Source: a virus
Virus record (IMG/VR): IMGVR_UViG_3300019487_000019
Span: 1-35,923 of that record
DNA: 35,923 nucleotides
Strand: one strand, 5' to 3'
Shown: in pieces, positions 23,700 to 33,706 of the stretch
Layout: each line of letters begins with the position of its first letter
Position numbering within the stretch: position 1 is the stretch's first letter
Notes under the pieces: model-generated
Database searches by the model: none
Told to the model about the DNA's origin: nothing
Seen by the model: only the letters and a program-made list of their open reading frames with translations
Program-made: the position numbers and the translations under genes

Positions 23700-24197
23700 A
23701 TGAGCTTTAATTTTATCCGTCGCTTTCTCGGCGAACAAGACCCCAACCAGCAACAGCCCGATATTGGTCATTTGCTCGGTGGAGCTCAAGATCAGCCACA
23801 AACACAGCCACAGCAAGATCCACAACAACAGCCAGCTGACGATATGGGCAGCCTTCTAGGCGACCAGAACCCGGGAAGTGGCGATGTTCAGGACGATCAA
23901 GGTCTGGATAACCTCCTCCAAACGGCTGCTGAACAGGACCCTGATAAACAAGGATTGATTCGTACCGTAGATAAGGCGCATTTGGTGTTTAAGCGCCAGA
24001 CGGAAGAAGGCACGTACGAAGAACTATGGATTTACAATGTTGGTAAACTACAAGACGAGCTAGAAATTCGTAAGGCTATTTTGGCAGGAACCGATATTGC
24101 CCCAAGTCAAAAACGTTCGCCTGACGGGGATCAATCGTACGATATTTGGTCGGCTGGTAATGCAGAACTGTTGCATATCAAGGGTTTGCCGAACTAA
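23700..24197 (+). CDS. Late protein with Q/D-rich low-complexity N-terminal half
   Basis: AATAAATA plus AAGGAG RBS. Confidence 0.8.
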   Translation: MSFNFIRRFLGEQDPNQQQPDIGHLLGGAQDQPQTQPQQDPQQQPADDMGSLLGDQNPGSGDVQDDQGLDNLLQTAAEQDPDKQGLIRTVDKAHLVFKRQTEEGTYEELWIYNVGKLQDELEIRKAILAGTDIAPSQKRSPDGDQSYDIWSAGNAELLHIKGLPN

Positions 24198-24210
24198 TTG
24201 TAAATTCCTG

Positions 24211-24240
24211 TTGACACTTTACCTTCAAAGATTGTAATAT
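24211..24240 (+). promoter_or_regulatory. sigma70-like promoter
   Basis: TTGACA-18-TAATAT upstream of 24265. Confidence 0.55.
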
Positions 24241-24264
24241 CTCCCTATAAACAAAGGGGAACTT

Positions 24265-24612
24265 ATGGACACCGTTGAGGTCAAACCCGAAACAAACATT
24301 GACTTGTCGCAAGCCAAGACGATTTCGCTTGCGGAGCTCAAAGAGGCTCGCCGTCAGTACATGAAGACAGCAATCCAGCAAGAATTGCAGAATCTGATTG
24401 CACTTGCCGCTCAATACCGCAAGAACATTGATACTGCAAAAACCGACTACAAGAAAAAATACTACCAGAAGAAGATGACGAAGCTCAACGAAGATGTACG
24501 TCGCATGGTTGTTGCTTTACAACGCCTGCAAACACCAGAACTAGAAATAGAAGAACCGGAGGCGAAAAATGATATCGACCCAAGCGAGTCCCCAGAGCAA
24601 GCTACTACCTGA
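24265..24612 (+). CDS. Coiled-coil hypothetical protein
   Basis: AAGGGG RBS; ORF track. Confidence 0.75.
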   Translation: MDTVEVKPETNIDLSQAKTISLAELKEARRQYMKTAIQQELQNLIALAAQYRKNIDTAKTDYKKKYYQKKMTKLNEDVRRMVVALQRLQTPELEIEEPEAKNDIDPSESPEQATT

Positions 24613-25000
24613 GTTTTTCACACCTAAGGAAGGTGAACAATTTCACAACGTAGAAATTCTCACCACTAGAGCTGATTACGCAGAGCAATTATTCAATCAT
24701 CTCACAGCTCAAATTGAACTCACCTTTCAATCCACTCCAAATACTGAAGCACAAGTTCGACAAGCATTACGGAAGATTCACGATGACGGTATAGTTCGTG
24801 TATGTGAGTCTGTGGAAATATATCGCGGTCGAATAAAGATTGTTGTGAATGCCGCTGAAGTTGACGATCAGGCCGTTGCAAAGGCACTTCGATATCTTGC
24901 TAAGACGGTTGAAGAGTCTCGTGGTGAAGATACGTATCGAGTTTTCTCACCGACCTTTGCACACGAAGCACATGAACTGTTTTGGTTGTTTACGCAATAG
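24569..25000 (+). CDS. Phage hypothetical protein
   Basis: GGAGG RBS; ORF track. Confidence 0.7.
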   Translation: MISTQASPQSKLLPEFFTPKEGEQFHNVEILTTRADYAEQLFNHLTAQIELTFQSTPNTEAQVRQALRKIHDDGIVRVCESVEIYRGRIKIVVNAAEVDDQAVAKALRYLAKTVEESRGEDTYRVFSPTFAHEAHELFWLFTQ

Positions 25001-25760
25001 TTCGAACGACTTCAAGATTCATTTCAAGATACCACAACACTTCATGAATGTTTGAAACGATTCGTTTTCTCTCTTCGCCATAATAAGGTGTTGAGAGTGC
25101 ATCAATAATCTCTTTGATCTTACCTGACTGCATTGGATCAAACCAGAATAGTTTCATCACAGTAAACTTCTCTCGTTCCCACCGATCCTTTAGAGCCGAA
25201 ACACCACCGTCTTCTGTTCCAAACGTAAACACGTTTCCGGCGGGAGCGTCTGCTTCACGAATCACGTAAAACACTTTTCGCTTGACAGCTTCCTGTTGTG
25301 CTTCAACCTTTTCTACTGGCTTATTACCTAACCAATGATTCCAGCTGCGCCAACGATCATAGACAAGGTCAGGGCGAGCGGGAATGTCTTTTGGAAGGTC
25401 CTCTTTATTGTCCCTACACCAATCCATCCACTGCTTCGATGTAGCAAATTTCTTCTTGTGCGCCCAGACAATTGCCTCATCCAAAGGACGCCACTTCTTT
25501 CCTGTTTCCTGAAACTTGTTGTTAGTGCCAAGAAAATCATTCCATGTTGTCCATTCTTTGTAGACGCGGTACGGAAAGCGAGGAAGGGCTTTCGGCTTAT
25601 TGCGATCCCACCACTCAATGTATTTTCCTCGCGAAGGAATCATTTCCTCACGAATGAATTGCTTTGCTTCCTCGTACGGAAGGAAGTCGAGGTTAGGCTT
25701 TCTTCCTCTCTTCTTTCCCTTCGGAGTCGCTTCCTGTTCGTCCTGCTGTAAATCGTCCAT
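24990..25760 (-). CDS. Protein with two integrase-repeat-unit-like (INT_rpt) repeats; not an integrase
   Basis: PYEEA...LPRFP.RVYKEWTTWNDFLG and PLDEA...IPARPDLVYDRWRSWNHWLG; start 25760 inferred. Confidence 0.65.
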   Translation of the reverse strand: MDDLQQDEQEATPKGKKRGRKPNLDFLPYEEAKQFIREEMIPSRGKYIEWWDRNKPKALPRFPYRVYKEWTTWNDFLGTNNKFQETGKKWRPLDEAIVWAHKKKFATSKQWMDWCRDNKEDLPKDIPARPDLVYDRWRSWNHWLGNKPVEKVEAQQEAVKRKVFYVIREADAPAGNVFTFGTEDGGVSALKDRWEREKFTVMKLFWFDPMQSGKIKEIIDALSTPYYGEERKRIVSNIHEVLWYLEMNLEVVRTIA

Positions 25761-26322
25761 TGACAACATCCCAATCAATAATGTTCCAGATAGCTCTCAA
25801 GTATTTTTCTCGATCATTCTTATACGTAAGATAGTAGCTGTGTTCCCACAAATCAACGACCAACAAAAGCTGTCCAGAAGGCCGGTCGGCATTCGACGTT
25901 GTGATGATTTCAAGCTTATTGCTCTTCCATACAAGCCATGCCCAACCACTACCAAACTGCTTCATTGCTTCTTCATTGAATTCTTCCTCGAACGCTCCCC
26001 ACGCATCAAACTGTGAAAGCACTTGTTCGGTGAACGCATCTAGTGCACCTCGGAAATCCTTCTTTGGTGAACATAGTTGTTCCCACCAGAACTGATGGTT
26101 CCATGCTTGCATTGCTTGATTATACAGAACAGTACCCTTATCAAGCTTCGGTAGGAGTTCGTCGAGCGACTCCACTTTTGCAAAACGAGTTCCTTTGATT
26201 AGCTCGTTCGTCTTATCAAAGTAACCTTTCGTGTGCTTCCCGTAATGAACCTTGACAGTTTCCTCACTCATGTAAGGCTCGAGCTCATCATGAGCAAACT
26301 TTAGCTTTGGCACCTCACACAT
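25693..26322 (-). CDS. Fe/Mn superoxide dismutase (Fe-type signature)
   Basis: LEPYMSEET..VHYGKH..GY, NQAMQAWNHQFWW, FGSGWAWL, DLWEHSYY. Confidence 0.93.
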   Translation of the reverse strand: MCEVPKLKFAHDELEPYMSEETVKVHYGKHTKGYFDKTNELIKGTRFAKVESLDELLPKLDKGTVLYNQAMQAWNHQFWWEQLCSPKKDFRGALDAFTEQVLSQFDAWGAFEEEFNEEAMKQFGSGWAWLVWKSNKLEIITTSNADRPSGQLLLVVDLWEHSYYLTYKNDREKYLRAIWNIIDWDVVNGRFTAGRTGSDSEGKEERKKA

Positions 26323-26632
26323 CGTCGTTGTAGCCTCCTTCGTACGTCCATAGCCGCCACAGCTTGTATGGTGGACGCTTGGTCGTGTAAATCAAATCGC
26401 CATCTATTACTTCTGGTGCCCTCTCGATGTCCTGTCGATATTCGACTTTGAGTTGAACAGCGGTATTATCTCGACATGCTTCTGGCAATCCCTCCCCCTC
26501 AACAACGAAACGAAGGCGCCGTCCTGTGATATCCGATAGGTTTTGAACCGCAACAATCCGAATGTCGGCGTCATGCAAACGCAACAAAGCTTCCACTGCT
26601 TCGGTCGTCATGTCTAACCAGGCTCTTTTCAT
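26315..26632 (-). CDS. Phage hypothetical protein
   Basis: ORF 26315..26764; ATG 26632 lies 5 nt after GTAAATA. Confidence 0.65.
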   Translation of the reverse strand: MKRAWLDMTTEAVEALLRLHDADIRIVAVQNLSDITGRRLRFVVEGEGLPEACRDNTAVQLKVEYRQDIERAPEVIDGDLIYTTKRPPYKLWRLWTYEGGYNDDV

Positions 26633-26699
26633 ACCCGTATTTACTACCACTTTTTTCAGGGAATTATACCCTACTAAATAGGGCCACTTGGAGAGAAAG

Positions 26700-27194
26700 A
26701 TGGCGACAAAGAAGAAGTTATCCGTAGTTCCTACATCAAAGAAGGGTCCTGTTCCTCTAATCATTGAAGCACATCCAAAAGATTACAAAGGCTATCCTTT
26801 CATTACGGTGATCGTTTATCGTAAACAGCCAATGTTAGCAATCGTCGACAATGCAGATGACGAAACAATTAAAGCATTTGTTCTTGATTACTGTGGTGCT
26901 GAAGGTGTGAATGAGGAGCAATTAATTCTAACGGCGGCGGAATGGTATCAAACTAATCGTGCTGCATTTCCAGTCTCAATTGAGTTCTCTCGCCGAGGTC
27001 TTGTTCAAGAAACATCGAAAATCTATCGTTCGTTAAGTATGGAATTCATCTCGAGAGTAATTGGCCCTGTTCCAAAGTTTCCGATGGGTTCGATCAAACA
27101 AATCAAACGGCGTCGCCGCAAGCCGATTCCAGCAGGAGTTGAAGTGCGCATTGAAACAAACGTATTACCGTTTGATCAATTTTTTAAGAGCTAG
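26700..27194 (+). CDS. Conserved-looking late phage protein
   Basis: ACTAAATA plus GGAG RBS; YPFIT...W...NR...P..I.F. Confidence 0.75.
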   Translation: MATKKKLSVVPTSKKGPVPLIIEAHPKDYKGYPFITVIVYRKQPMLAIVDNADDETIKAFVLDYCGAEGVNEEQLILTAAEWYQTNRAAFPVSIEFSRRGLVQETSKIYRSLSMEFISRVIGPVPKFPMGSIKQIKRRRRKPIPAGVEVRIETNVLPFDQFFKS

Positions 27195-27731
27195 TCGATC
27201 GGTTTTTGATCGGACCTTCTTGAATTCCAGCAACGTTTTCAATGTTTTGAATCGTTGGTAATTATCACTCTGCAATTGAGGCAACGGTGGCATTCCGCCG
27301 CCCATATCACCACCAGGCGGTGGTGGGAGACCGCCAAGTTCGCCGCCGGGAGGCGGAGGCGCACCAGGTGGACCGCCGGGTGGTGGCAGTGGTGCACCAC
27401 TCATGTCTGTTGGAGCAGGACTTGCTGCTTTGTCTTCTTCGGGTTTGCCCATCTCGTCAGTATGTGCCAATTGTTCACCATCAGGTGTCAATTGTCCGCC
27501 TGGATCGAGAAGTGCTTCGTCCTGCATGATTTGTTTCCCCTGATCCGTAACACTTGCACCTCCATTGTCGAGGCTCAACAGATTCAGACGAACAAGCAAA
27601 TCACGAGCAGCTAGAAAACCTTGTTTTGTGCTGATTTCCTCTAGGCCAACCTTTGGTGTTGGTGCCGCAATTACTTTTGCAAGTACTCGTTTTTGGTTGT
27701 CTGTCAGACGGATATCAGGCAGGGTTCGCAT
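27165..27731 (-). CDS. Late protein with possible wHTH-like N-terminus and Pro/Gly-rich linker
   Basis: TATAAATA (27756-27749), AAAGGAG RBS; PPPGG repeats. Confidence 0.7.
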   Translation of the reverse strand: MRTLPDIRLTDNQKRVLAKVIAAPTPKVGLEEISTKQGFLAARDLLVRLNLLSLDNGGASVTDQGKQIMQDEALLDPGGQLTPDGEQLAHTDEMGKPEEDKAASPAPTDMSGAPLPPPGGPPGAPPPPGGELGGLPPPPGGDMGGGMPPLPQLQSDNYQRFKTLKTLLEFKKVRSKTDRLALKKLIKR

Positions 27732-27751
27732 AAAAGCTCCTTTGAGCCTAT

Positions 27752-28264
27752 TTATAGCATGTTTTGCTTTGCCCATTCTGCTAATAGCAAAATCTCCTGC
27801 AAAAGGGCATCACTTTTATGAGTATTGGCTCGATAACTAATCACGTGTACGTTGCCCGGAACATACCCTCGTCGTGGATCGATCCGATCCAAAGATGGTG
27901 AATTTGGGCTACCATAACCTCTGTTCGATATTTCAAGAGGTAGTCCGTAAATCGGACAACGTTCAGGAATTTCGAACTCGTCAAGGTCTATCGAAAACTC
28001 AATATTGTATTTTTCGGCACGGCGTTTTGCATTATTGTACATTGCTTGTTTGTAATTCTTTCGATACCAAGCTCTAGAGGTTGCTCGAATCTTTTCGCAC
28101 TTTCTTTCATCTTTGCGATATTCACTCATGTAGGTTTTCATGTATCGCTTTGCGTATTCAGGATTGGCTTCTCGCCAACGACGCGCATGTTCTCGATTTG
28201 TTTGCTTGAGTTTCTCAAAACCTTCGGGGTCTGTCTCACACATCCGCTGATAGTGTGTCGCCAT
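27752..28264 (-). CDS. Free-standing HNH-type (homing) endonuclease
   Basis: CPIYG...SPSLDRIDPRRGYVPGNVHVISYRANTHK; TATAAATA and AAGGA upstream. Confidence 0.8.
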   Translation of the reverse strand: MATHYQRMCETDPEGFEKLKQTNREHARRWREANPEYAKRYMKTYMSEYRKDERKCEKIRATSRAWYRKNYKQAMYNNAKRRAEKYNIEFSIDLDEFEIPERCPIYGLPLEISNRGYGSPNSPSLDRIDPRRGYVPGNVHVISYRANTHKSDALLQEILLLAEWAKQNML

Positions 28265-28301
28265 GTTGTAATTCCTTATCAAAGCAATTATTTATAAGGA
28301 A

Positions 28302-28874
28302 TTACAATTTTCCTTGCTCGATTAGGTGTAATTGGAGAACGATAGTAAGTGCATAGGCTACGCTGTGGCTCTTCTTGAACGTATAGCCATCTTCCGTCTT
28401 TGAGTACAACTCCTGCCGAGTATCGTTCTTGTTAGCCAAATACTGCTGCAAAAGATATTTCTTTGATGGTCGAATCAGGGCTAAACAATCTGCCAACTCT
28501 TCCACTGTTTGCGGTTTGACTTGCCTGAGCAACCACCCGTGTTTGCTGACGTGGAACAATTTAACAACGTGTTGATCATCTAGCAATAGGGTCCATTGGG
28601 GTGATTTCGTTGTGAGTGAACGAATCTCTTCTTTTGAGGTAAAGTTGTCAAGTACAGACAAGTGCAGAAAGTCAATCTTGAAATAGCCTAGAACTTCCGC
28701 TTCTTCATAGGGTATTGCAGCGAGATCTGTGAACTTGTCAACTGGAATCGACTGAAAGTAAACTCCACAGGGGTGTTTCACAAGCTCGTCATCCTTGACC
28801 ATAGACGCAAGAATAGCCTTGTCAAAAATCTTCTTTGGGTCGAAGTCAGTTTTCAGATCGATATCAATGTCCAT
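28302..28874 (-). CDS. Miniature DNA polymerase III alpha (DnaE)-like protein (190 aa)
   Basis: MDIDID, KHPCGV, YFKIDFL, LALIRP, GYTFKKSHSVAY in DnaE order. Confidence 0.8.
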   Translation of the reverse strand: MDIDIDLKTDFDPKKIFDKAILASMVKDDELVKHPCGVYFQSIPVDKFTDLAAIPYEEAEVLGYFKIDFLHLSVLDNFTSKEEIRSLTTKSPQWTLLLDDQHVVKLFHVSKHGWLLRQVKPQTVEELADCLALIRPSKKYLLQQYLANKNDTRQELYSKTEDGYTFKKSHSVAYALTIVLQLHLIEQGKL

Positions 28875-28881
28875 TAGGACA

Positions 28882-29568
28882 TTATATGATAACCTGCTGA
28901 ATAAGGACAATACCCGTCCAACTTACAAGGTTTGTTGAACCACCCTTGAATTCAATTTTCACCGAACCATTTGTTGTATCAGCACTGAGTTGAACGTTGG
29001 GAGCTCCTGTCATATCCTCTTTTGAGAAATCTGATACGGACGTGCCTACTTGATTAACCGAAGCCGCCAGTATATTACGGTGGAAAGCACCCTTTTCAAT
29101 AAAGCCTGCTCCTGTGTCTTCTGCTGTTACAGGACGTGCTGCTGCAAAAAGTGTCACGAGTGTTGTCGAATTGTTTGGTAACACCAAGCGACTTCCGGTG
29201 CCGATAAAGCCTGTGCCAAAGCCAGCCGCTTCATTAGTTGTGATTGAACCGTTTGTTACGTAAATTGTCGTGTAACCTGCCGAGAAGGTTGCGTCAGCAA
29301 CAGTTGTGAATGTACCATCATTGCCTGTTGACCCCGATACGAAGAATGATACGCCGGAAGGGAAGGTGGATGTATAGTTGCCCGTGATTTTGAATTGATC
29401 AGGACTGGTCGTATTATCCGCCTGATAGATTGCAAATGACGCACCATCAAGAAATACTTCTTGAAACGCATTTGTTTTCGTTTGTGCAACTATTTGAAAC
29501 GTACGCTGAGGTGCCTCGTCAGGCTTTGTCAAATCAAGCTGAGCGGTTGTAATTTTTGGTTGTGCCAT
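28882..29568 (-). CDS. Virion structural protein sharing a C-terminal beta domain with neighbouring fibres
   Basis: C-terminus (..AR.., SADTTNG, VSW) aligns with the ends of 29587..31533 and 33775..35923. Confidence 0.7.
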   Translation of the reverse strand: MAQPKITTAQLDLTKPDEAPQRTFQIVAQTKTNAFQEVFLDGASFAIYQADNTTSPDQFKITGNYTSTFPSGVSFFVSGSTGNDGTFTTVADATFSAGYTTIYVTNGSITTNEAAGFGTGFIGTGSRLVLPNNSTTLVTLFAAARPVTAEDTGAGFIEKGAFHRNILAASVNQVGTSVSDFSKEDMTGAPNVQLSADTTNGSVKIEFKGGSTNLVSWTGIVLIQQVII

Positions 29569-29586
29569 TTGTTCAGTCCCTCGTTA

Positions 29587-31533
29587 TCAGCTCAGTGGTA
29601 GGATTCGAATTCTTGCCAACCAATCAACAGTATTTCCCGTATCGCCCGTAACTTCAATTTGAAGCGCTTCGTTTGTGTCGTCGGCGGTGACATTCACGTC
29701 GTAGTTTGTATTGTCTTCAAACAAAACCGTCTTCGTAGGGCTTGCTGAGAGGGTGGTGTTGTTCGCTGCATCACGGCGAAGCACTCCACCCGTAAACGTA
29801 TATGCAGTCACTCCAAATACGTCTGAGCGCCGTGCAACTACATCAATCTCAAAGAGCCAGACCGTTGAGGCGGGAATGACAAGGCTACCGGCAATTGCGG
29901 TAGTAAGATTGACGGGCGTAGCGTCTGTGGTGTTTTCTTGCATCATTACTTCGAAAGACCGCTGGCCGCGTGTGAAGCCGCCGACGCTGACGGTGTGCCC
30001 CCACAGGAATGAACCAGGTTGCGCATTGGTGAGGTCACTGCCAATAGTGCTCGAGTAGAAGCCTGAAGTCACCGCGCCGGTTCCAACGGCGACGCTGCTA
30101 GCACCGGAAACAGAGGCAACCCCACCGATCGCGACTCCGTTTACACCGGATCCACTTGTGGACGCCGCCACGCCAAGAACGACGCTGGCGATTGTGGCAG
30201 CACTGGCCGCATCACCCATAGCAATCGCATTAGTAGAACTGGCTGTTGTGTCCGAACCTATCGCAATTGACGATGTTCCCGACGCGTTGGTGCCCTCACC
30301 AACTGCAACTGCATCAGTTCCGCTTGCGGTTGAACCATTTCCAACAGCAACGGCGTTTGTGGCGGAGGTTGTTGCAGAAAAACCAACCGAGACGCCACCT
30401 GATGCTGTCGTCGAAGACGCTGCTCCACCAACCACAACACATGGACCTACCGATGCGGTTGCACCTGCACCAACTAGAACTGGTGCGCTGCCGGTACCGC
30501 TGTAGATGGCCGATGCGCCGATGATGACCGCCGAGGAACCTGAACCGCTGTTGGCAGCCAAACGACCGATAGCGATAGTTTCTGAGTTGTTCGCGTTAGA
30601 ATCTGTTCCGATGGCAATGTTAGCGAAACCAGAGGATCCACTTGACGCAGCATCTCCAATGGCAATTGAACCGACACGTTGGCTCAATGCAGCGTCGCCA
30701 ATAGCGATTCCAGGTCCTACACCACTTGCATTCGCACCAAAACCAATAGCAACTGAACGAACAGTTGCAGCAGCAACTTGAGCACCGTCGCCGATTGCAA
30801 TGGATGCTGTTGCTGTTGAAATCGTGTTTGCATCAGAACCAATGGCGATAGATTGGGCCGCAGCCGCGATCGTCCCCTCACCAAGCGCAACTGCATCTGT
30901 TCCACTAGTTGTAGCAACCGCTCCAATTGCAATACCGTTAGCAGCTGAAACAGTCGCTGTTTGACCAACTGCAACTGCTCCTGTGGCAGCAACAGCTGTA
31001 ATGTCGACGGATCCAACTCCAACGGCATCCATTGCATTTACACTTCCCGTACCAATAGAGATTGCTCTATCTTGATCTGCGGAGGCTGTATTACCGATGG
31101 CAATTGTACTAAATCCTAGAGCATCAGCACTCCTTCCCAACGCTGTACTGCTTTGACCGGGAGCTGTTGTGCCTGAGCCGATCGCTATAGCTTCACTGTT
31201 GTTTGCGTTTGCTGTTGAACCAATGGCTACTGCATTTACTCCCGATGCACCAACAGTTGCTCCTGTTCCCATAACCATAGCATTCGTCGCCGCCACGTTA
31301 GAGGTGGCTCCTGAACCAATAACAACGCTATTAGTACCGCCCGCAACTGGTGGTGTTTCTGCTACTGGATTTGAATCATACAAATCAGGATTACCACCAC
31401 CCAGTTGTGTTTCAACGCCCGCATCATCTTTACTATACAAGAAACCATCGGTCTTTGCATATAGGCGAACATTGCCGCTAGCCGGAGTAGCTGGGGCTGG
31501 AATTTCGTTTACTTGAATTACACCTCTTGGCAT
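29587..31533 (-). CDS. Fibre/adhesin-like protein with YadA-head-like (xxAIGxxA) repeats
   Basis: Many ~14-aa S/A.AIG..A.A repeats; GGAG RBS before ATG 31533. Confidence 0.8.
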   Translation of the reverse strand: MPRGVIQVNEIPAPATPASGNVRLYAKTDGFLYSKDDAGVETQLGGGNPDLYDSNPVAETPPVAGGTNSVVIGSGATSNVAATNAMVMGTGATVGASGVNAVAIGSTANANNSEAIAIGSGTTAPGQSSTALGRSADALGFSTIAIGNTASADQDRAISIGTGSVNAMDAVGVGSVDITAVAATGAVAVGQTATVSAANGIAIGAVATTSGTDAVALGEGTIAAAAQSIAIGSDANTISTATASIAIGDGAQVAAATVRSVAIGFGANASGVGPGIAIGDAALSQRVGSIAIGDAASSGSSGFANIAIGTDSNANNSETIAIGRLAANSGSGSSAVIIGASAIYSGTGSAPVLVGAGATASVGPCVVVGGAASSTTASGGVSVGFSATTSATNAVAVGNGSTASGTDAVAVGEGTNASGTSSIAIGSDTTASSTNAIAMGDAASAATIASVVLGVAASTSGSGVNGVAIGGVASVSGASSVAVGTGAVTSGFYSSTIGSDLTNAQPGSFLWGHTVSVGGFTRGQRSFEVMMQENTTDATPVNLTTAIAGSLVIPASTVWLFEIDVVARRSDVFGVTAYTFTGGVLRRDAANNTTLSASPTKTVLFEDNTNYDVNVTADDTNEALQIEVTGDTGNTVDWLARIRILPLS

Positions 31534-33706
31534 TTGTTGTTCTCCATTATGTCCAAGTTGCACCGTCTGTTATCCAGGCGCCACCACTGTAAACATACAT
31601 CACTTTGTTGGTAGTATCAAAGACAAAAGGAACTAGTCCCGATATTGTTGCGGGTGTACCTGTAGGTGTTCCTGCTGACGTTGGAATGTACATCATGTCA
31701 CCATTACGAGTCGTTGACGTTGTTCCTCTACCGATGGCAACGTTGCCCACATCGCCAGAGGTAACGTTTCCACCTTGAATACTAACCGCTCCACCGTTGC
31801 CTGATGTTGAACCACCAGCACCACCCGTCACTGTCACTGTTCCAGCTGTTCCAGTTGCACCACCAGAACCAGCTGTCAATGTTGCTGCACCACCCGTACC
31901 TGTACCTGTACCATTACCAGATACAATTGCTGCTAGGCCTCCCGTTCTGTTTGTTCCTGTTGCATTACGTCCACGAAGAGTTGCTGCCCCACCATTACCA
32001 TCGGTTGCAGATCCACCCCGAAGTTCAACAGCACCTCCAGCACCTGATGTTGAACCACCAGATCCACCGGTCAGTGTGATCGTTCCAGCTGTTCCTGCTG
32101 TTCCACCTTGACCAGCAGTTACTGAGAAATCACCTCCAATAGCTGTTCCACTTGCAGTGCCAAGTGTAATTGAGAAACTACCACCATCAGTTTCGGGTGC
32201 ACCAGCGTGGCCGTTGCCCGTTGTAATCGATATGTCTCCCCCACCACCCGAGCCACCTGTAGCATCTGATTGGGTAAGGAAGGTCATACCGTATGGGCCG
32301 AGGTCAATACGTGCTCCCCCAGCCGGTGAGGCATTGTTACCAATCCACAGAGCTGCAATAGATGAGTTATATCCGAGGCCCCAACCTGTTGCTGCTCCAG
32401 ATCCCGCTAGAACTCTGTGAACATATCCAACATCTGTTTCTGGAAAGCGATATTGTGCTGTACCAACTGTGTTTATACCATTACCATCAACCCGTGCTCG
32501 TTGTGTTCCGATTGTTGAAATTGATATGGTTCCTTGAGTTCCTGTTCCTGTGGCCGCACCTGTATCGAGAGATAAGTTGCCACCGTCGCGGTTAGTACCT
32601 ACGGCGGTCGTGCCGGTGAGCGTGACCCCACCGCCGTTGCCGTTCGTGGAGGTACCACCTGTGAGGAATACCGTGCCGCCGCTACCTGAAGTGGTACCCC
32701 CCGCTCCACCTGTGAGCGTGACAGAACCGCCTGCTGCGGTCGTTCCGCCGGGACCGCCTCGAACCACAATCGTATTGCCTGGAACCGTTGCGGTATTCGG
32801 AGCGAGCGACGACCCTTCGATGAGGATTGCTTCAGTGTGCTGCGTCGCGAAGAAGTTGCGCCCGGCACGCACGGTGACCGAGCCGCCGCGTCCGCCGCCC
32901 GTACCTCCCGTACCCCCCGAAAGATTCAAGTCGCCAGCAAACCCCGTTCCCCCAGAGCCTCCGTTACCGCTGGAGATAGAGGTGGTGCCGCCAGAGTTGG
33001 TCCCCGTCCCCACGCCCGCGATCAGCGTGATACCGCCACCGCTTCGGTTGGTTCCTGTCCCAGCGCCGCCTGAGATGTTGACCGCACCGCCGGGGGAGTC
33101 GGTACCGCCACCTCCTCCCGTGATGCTGACCGCACCGCCGGGTTGAGTGCCCGCAAGCCCCTTCGCACCACCCGTGATGTGAACGAATCCGCCGGGGAAG
33201 TCTTGCGTGGTGGAACCAGCGCCGCCAGTAACGGATGCCGTGCCTGCCGCACCGGAACCGGTCGGCACGCCGCCCGTGATTGTGATGACGCCGCCCGCGT
33301 TGTTACCTGCGCCGGCCGCATTGCGCCCGAAGATAGAAACATTGCCGCCGGCACCGTCAGTTGGAAGACCACCTTGAATGACAACGTTACCACCAGCTCC
33401 AGATGTGGAACCACCAGCTCCTGCTACTACTGATGCATTGCCACCCGTGCCTACACCAGTTGCACCTCCCGCAAACACAGCGACGTCACCTGGCGTCGCG
33501 CTACTTACACTTCCTGAAGAGCCAGACGTTGTGTTGACCCATAGCTGTCCTGTTGATGCTACGTAAGTGAAGTCGGCATCACTATCAACACCTGCACCAG
33601 TTCCATAAACAACTTGGTTGGCTGGTTCTGCAACGCTACTGCCGCCAAGCTGTGTTTCAACGCCCGCATCGTCTTTGCTATACAAGAAACCGTCAGTTTT
33701 TGCATA
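31397..33706. repeat. Dispersed ~65-bp repeat (31397-31461 and 33642-33706) encoding identical LYAKTDGFLYSKDDAGVETQLGG
   Basis: Direct comparison: the peptide is identical and the DNA differences are synonymous. Confidence 0.85.

Noticed and set aside
24990-25778. Integrase or prophage evidence
   Set aside because: Only the short Trp-rich repeat unit is present; no recombinase catalytic domain or att site is visible.
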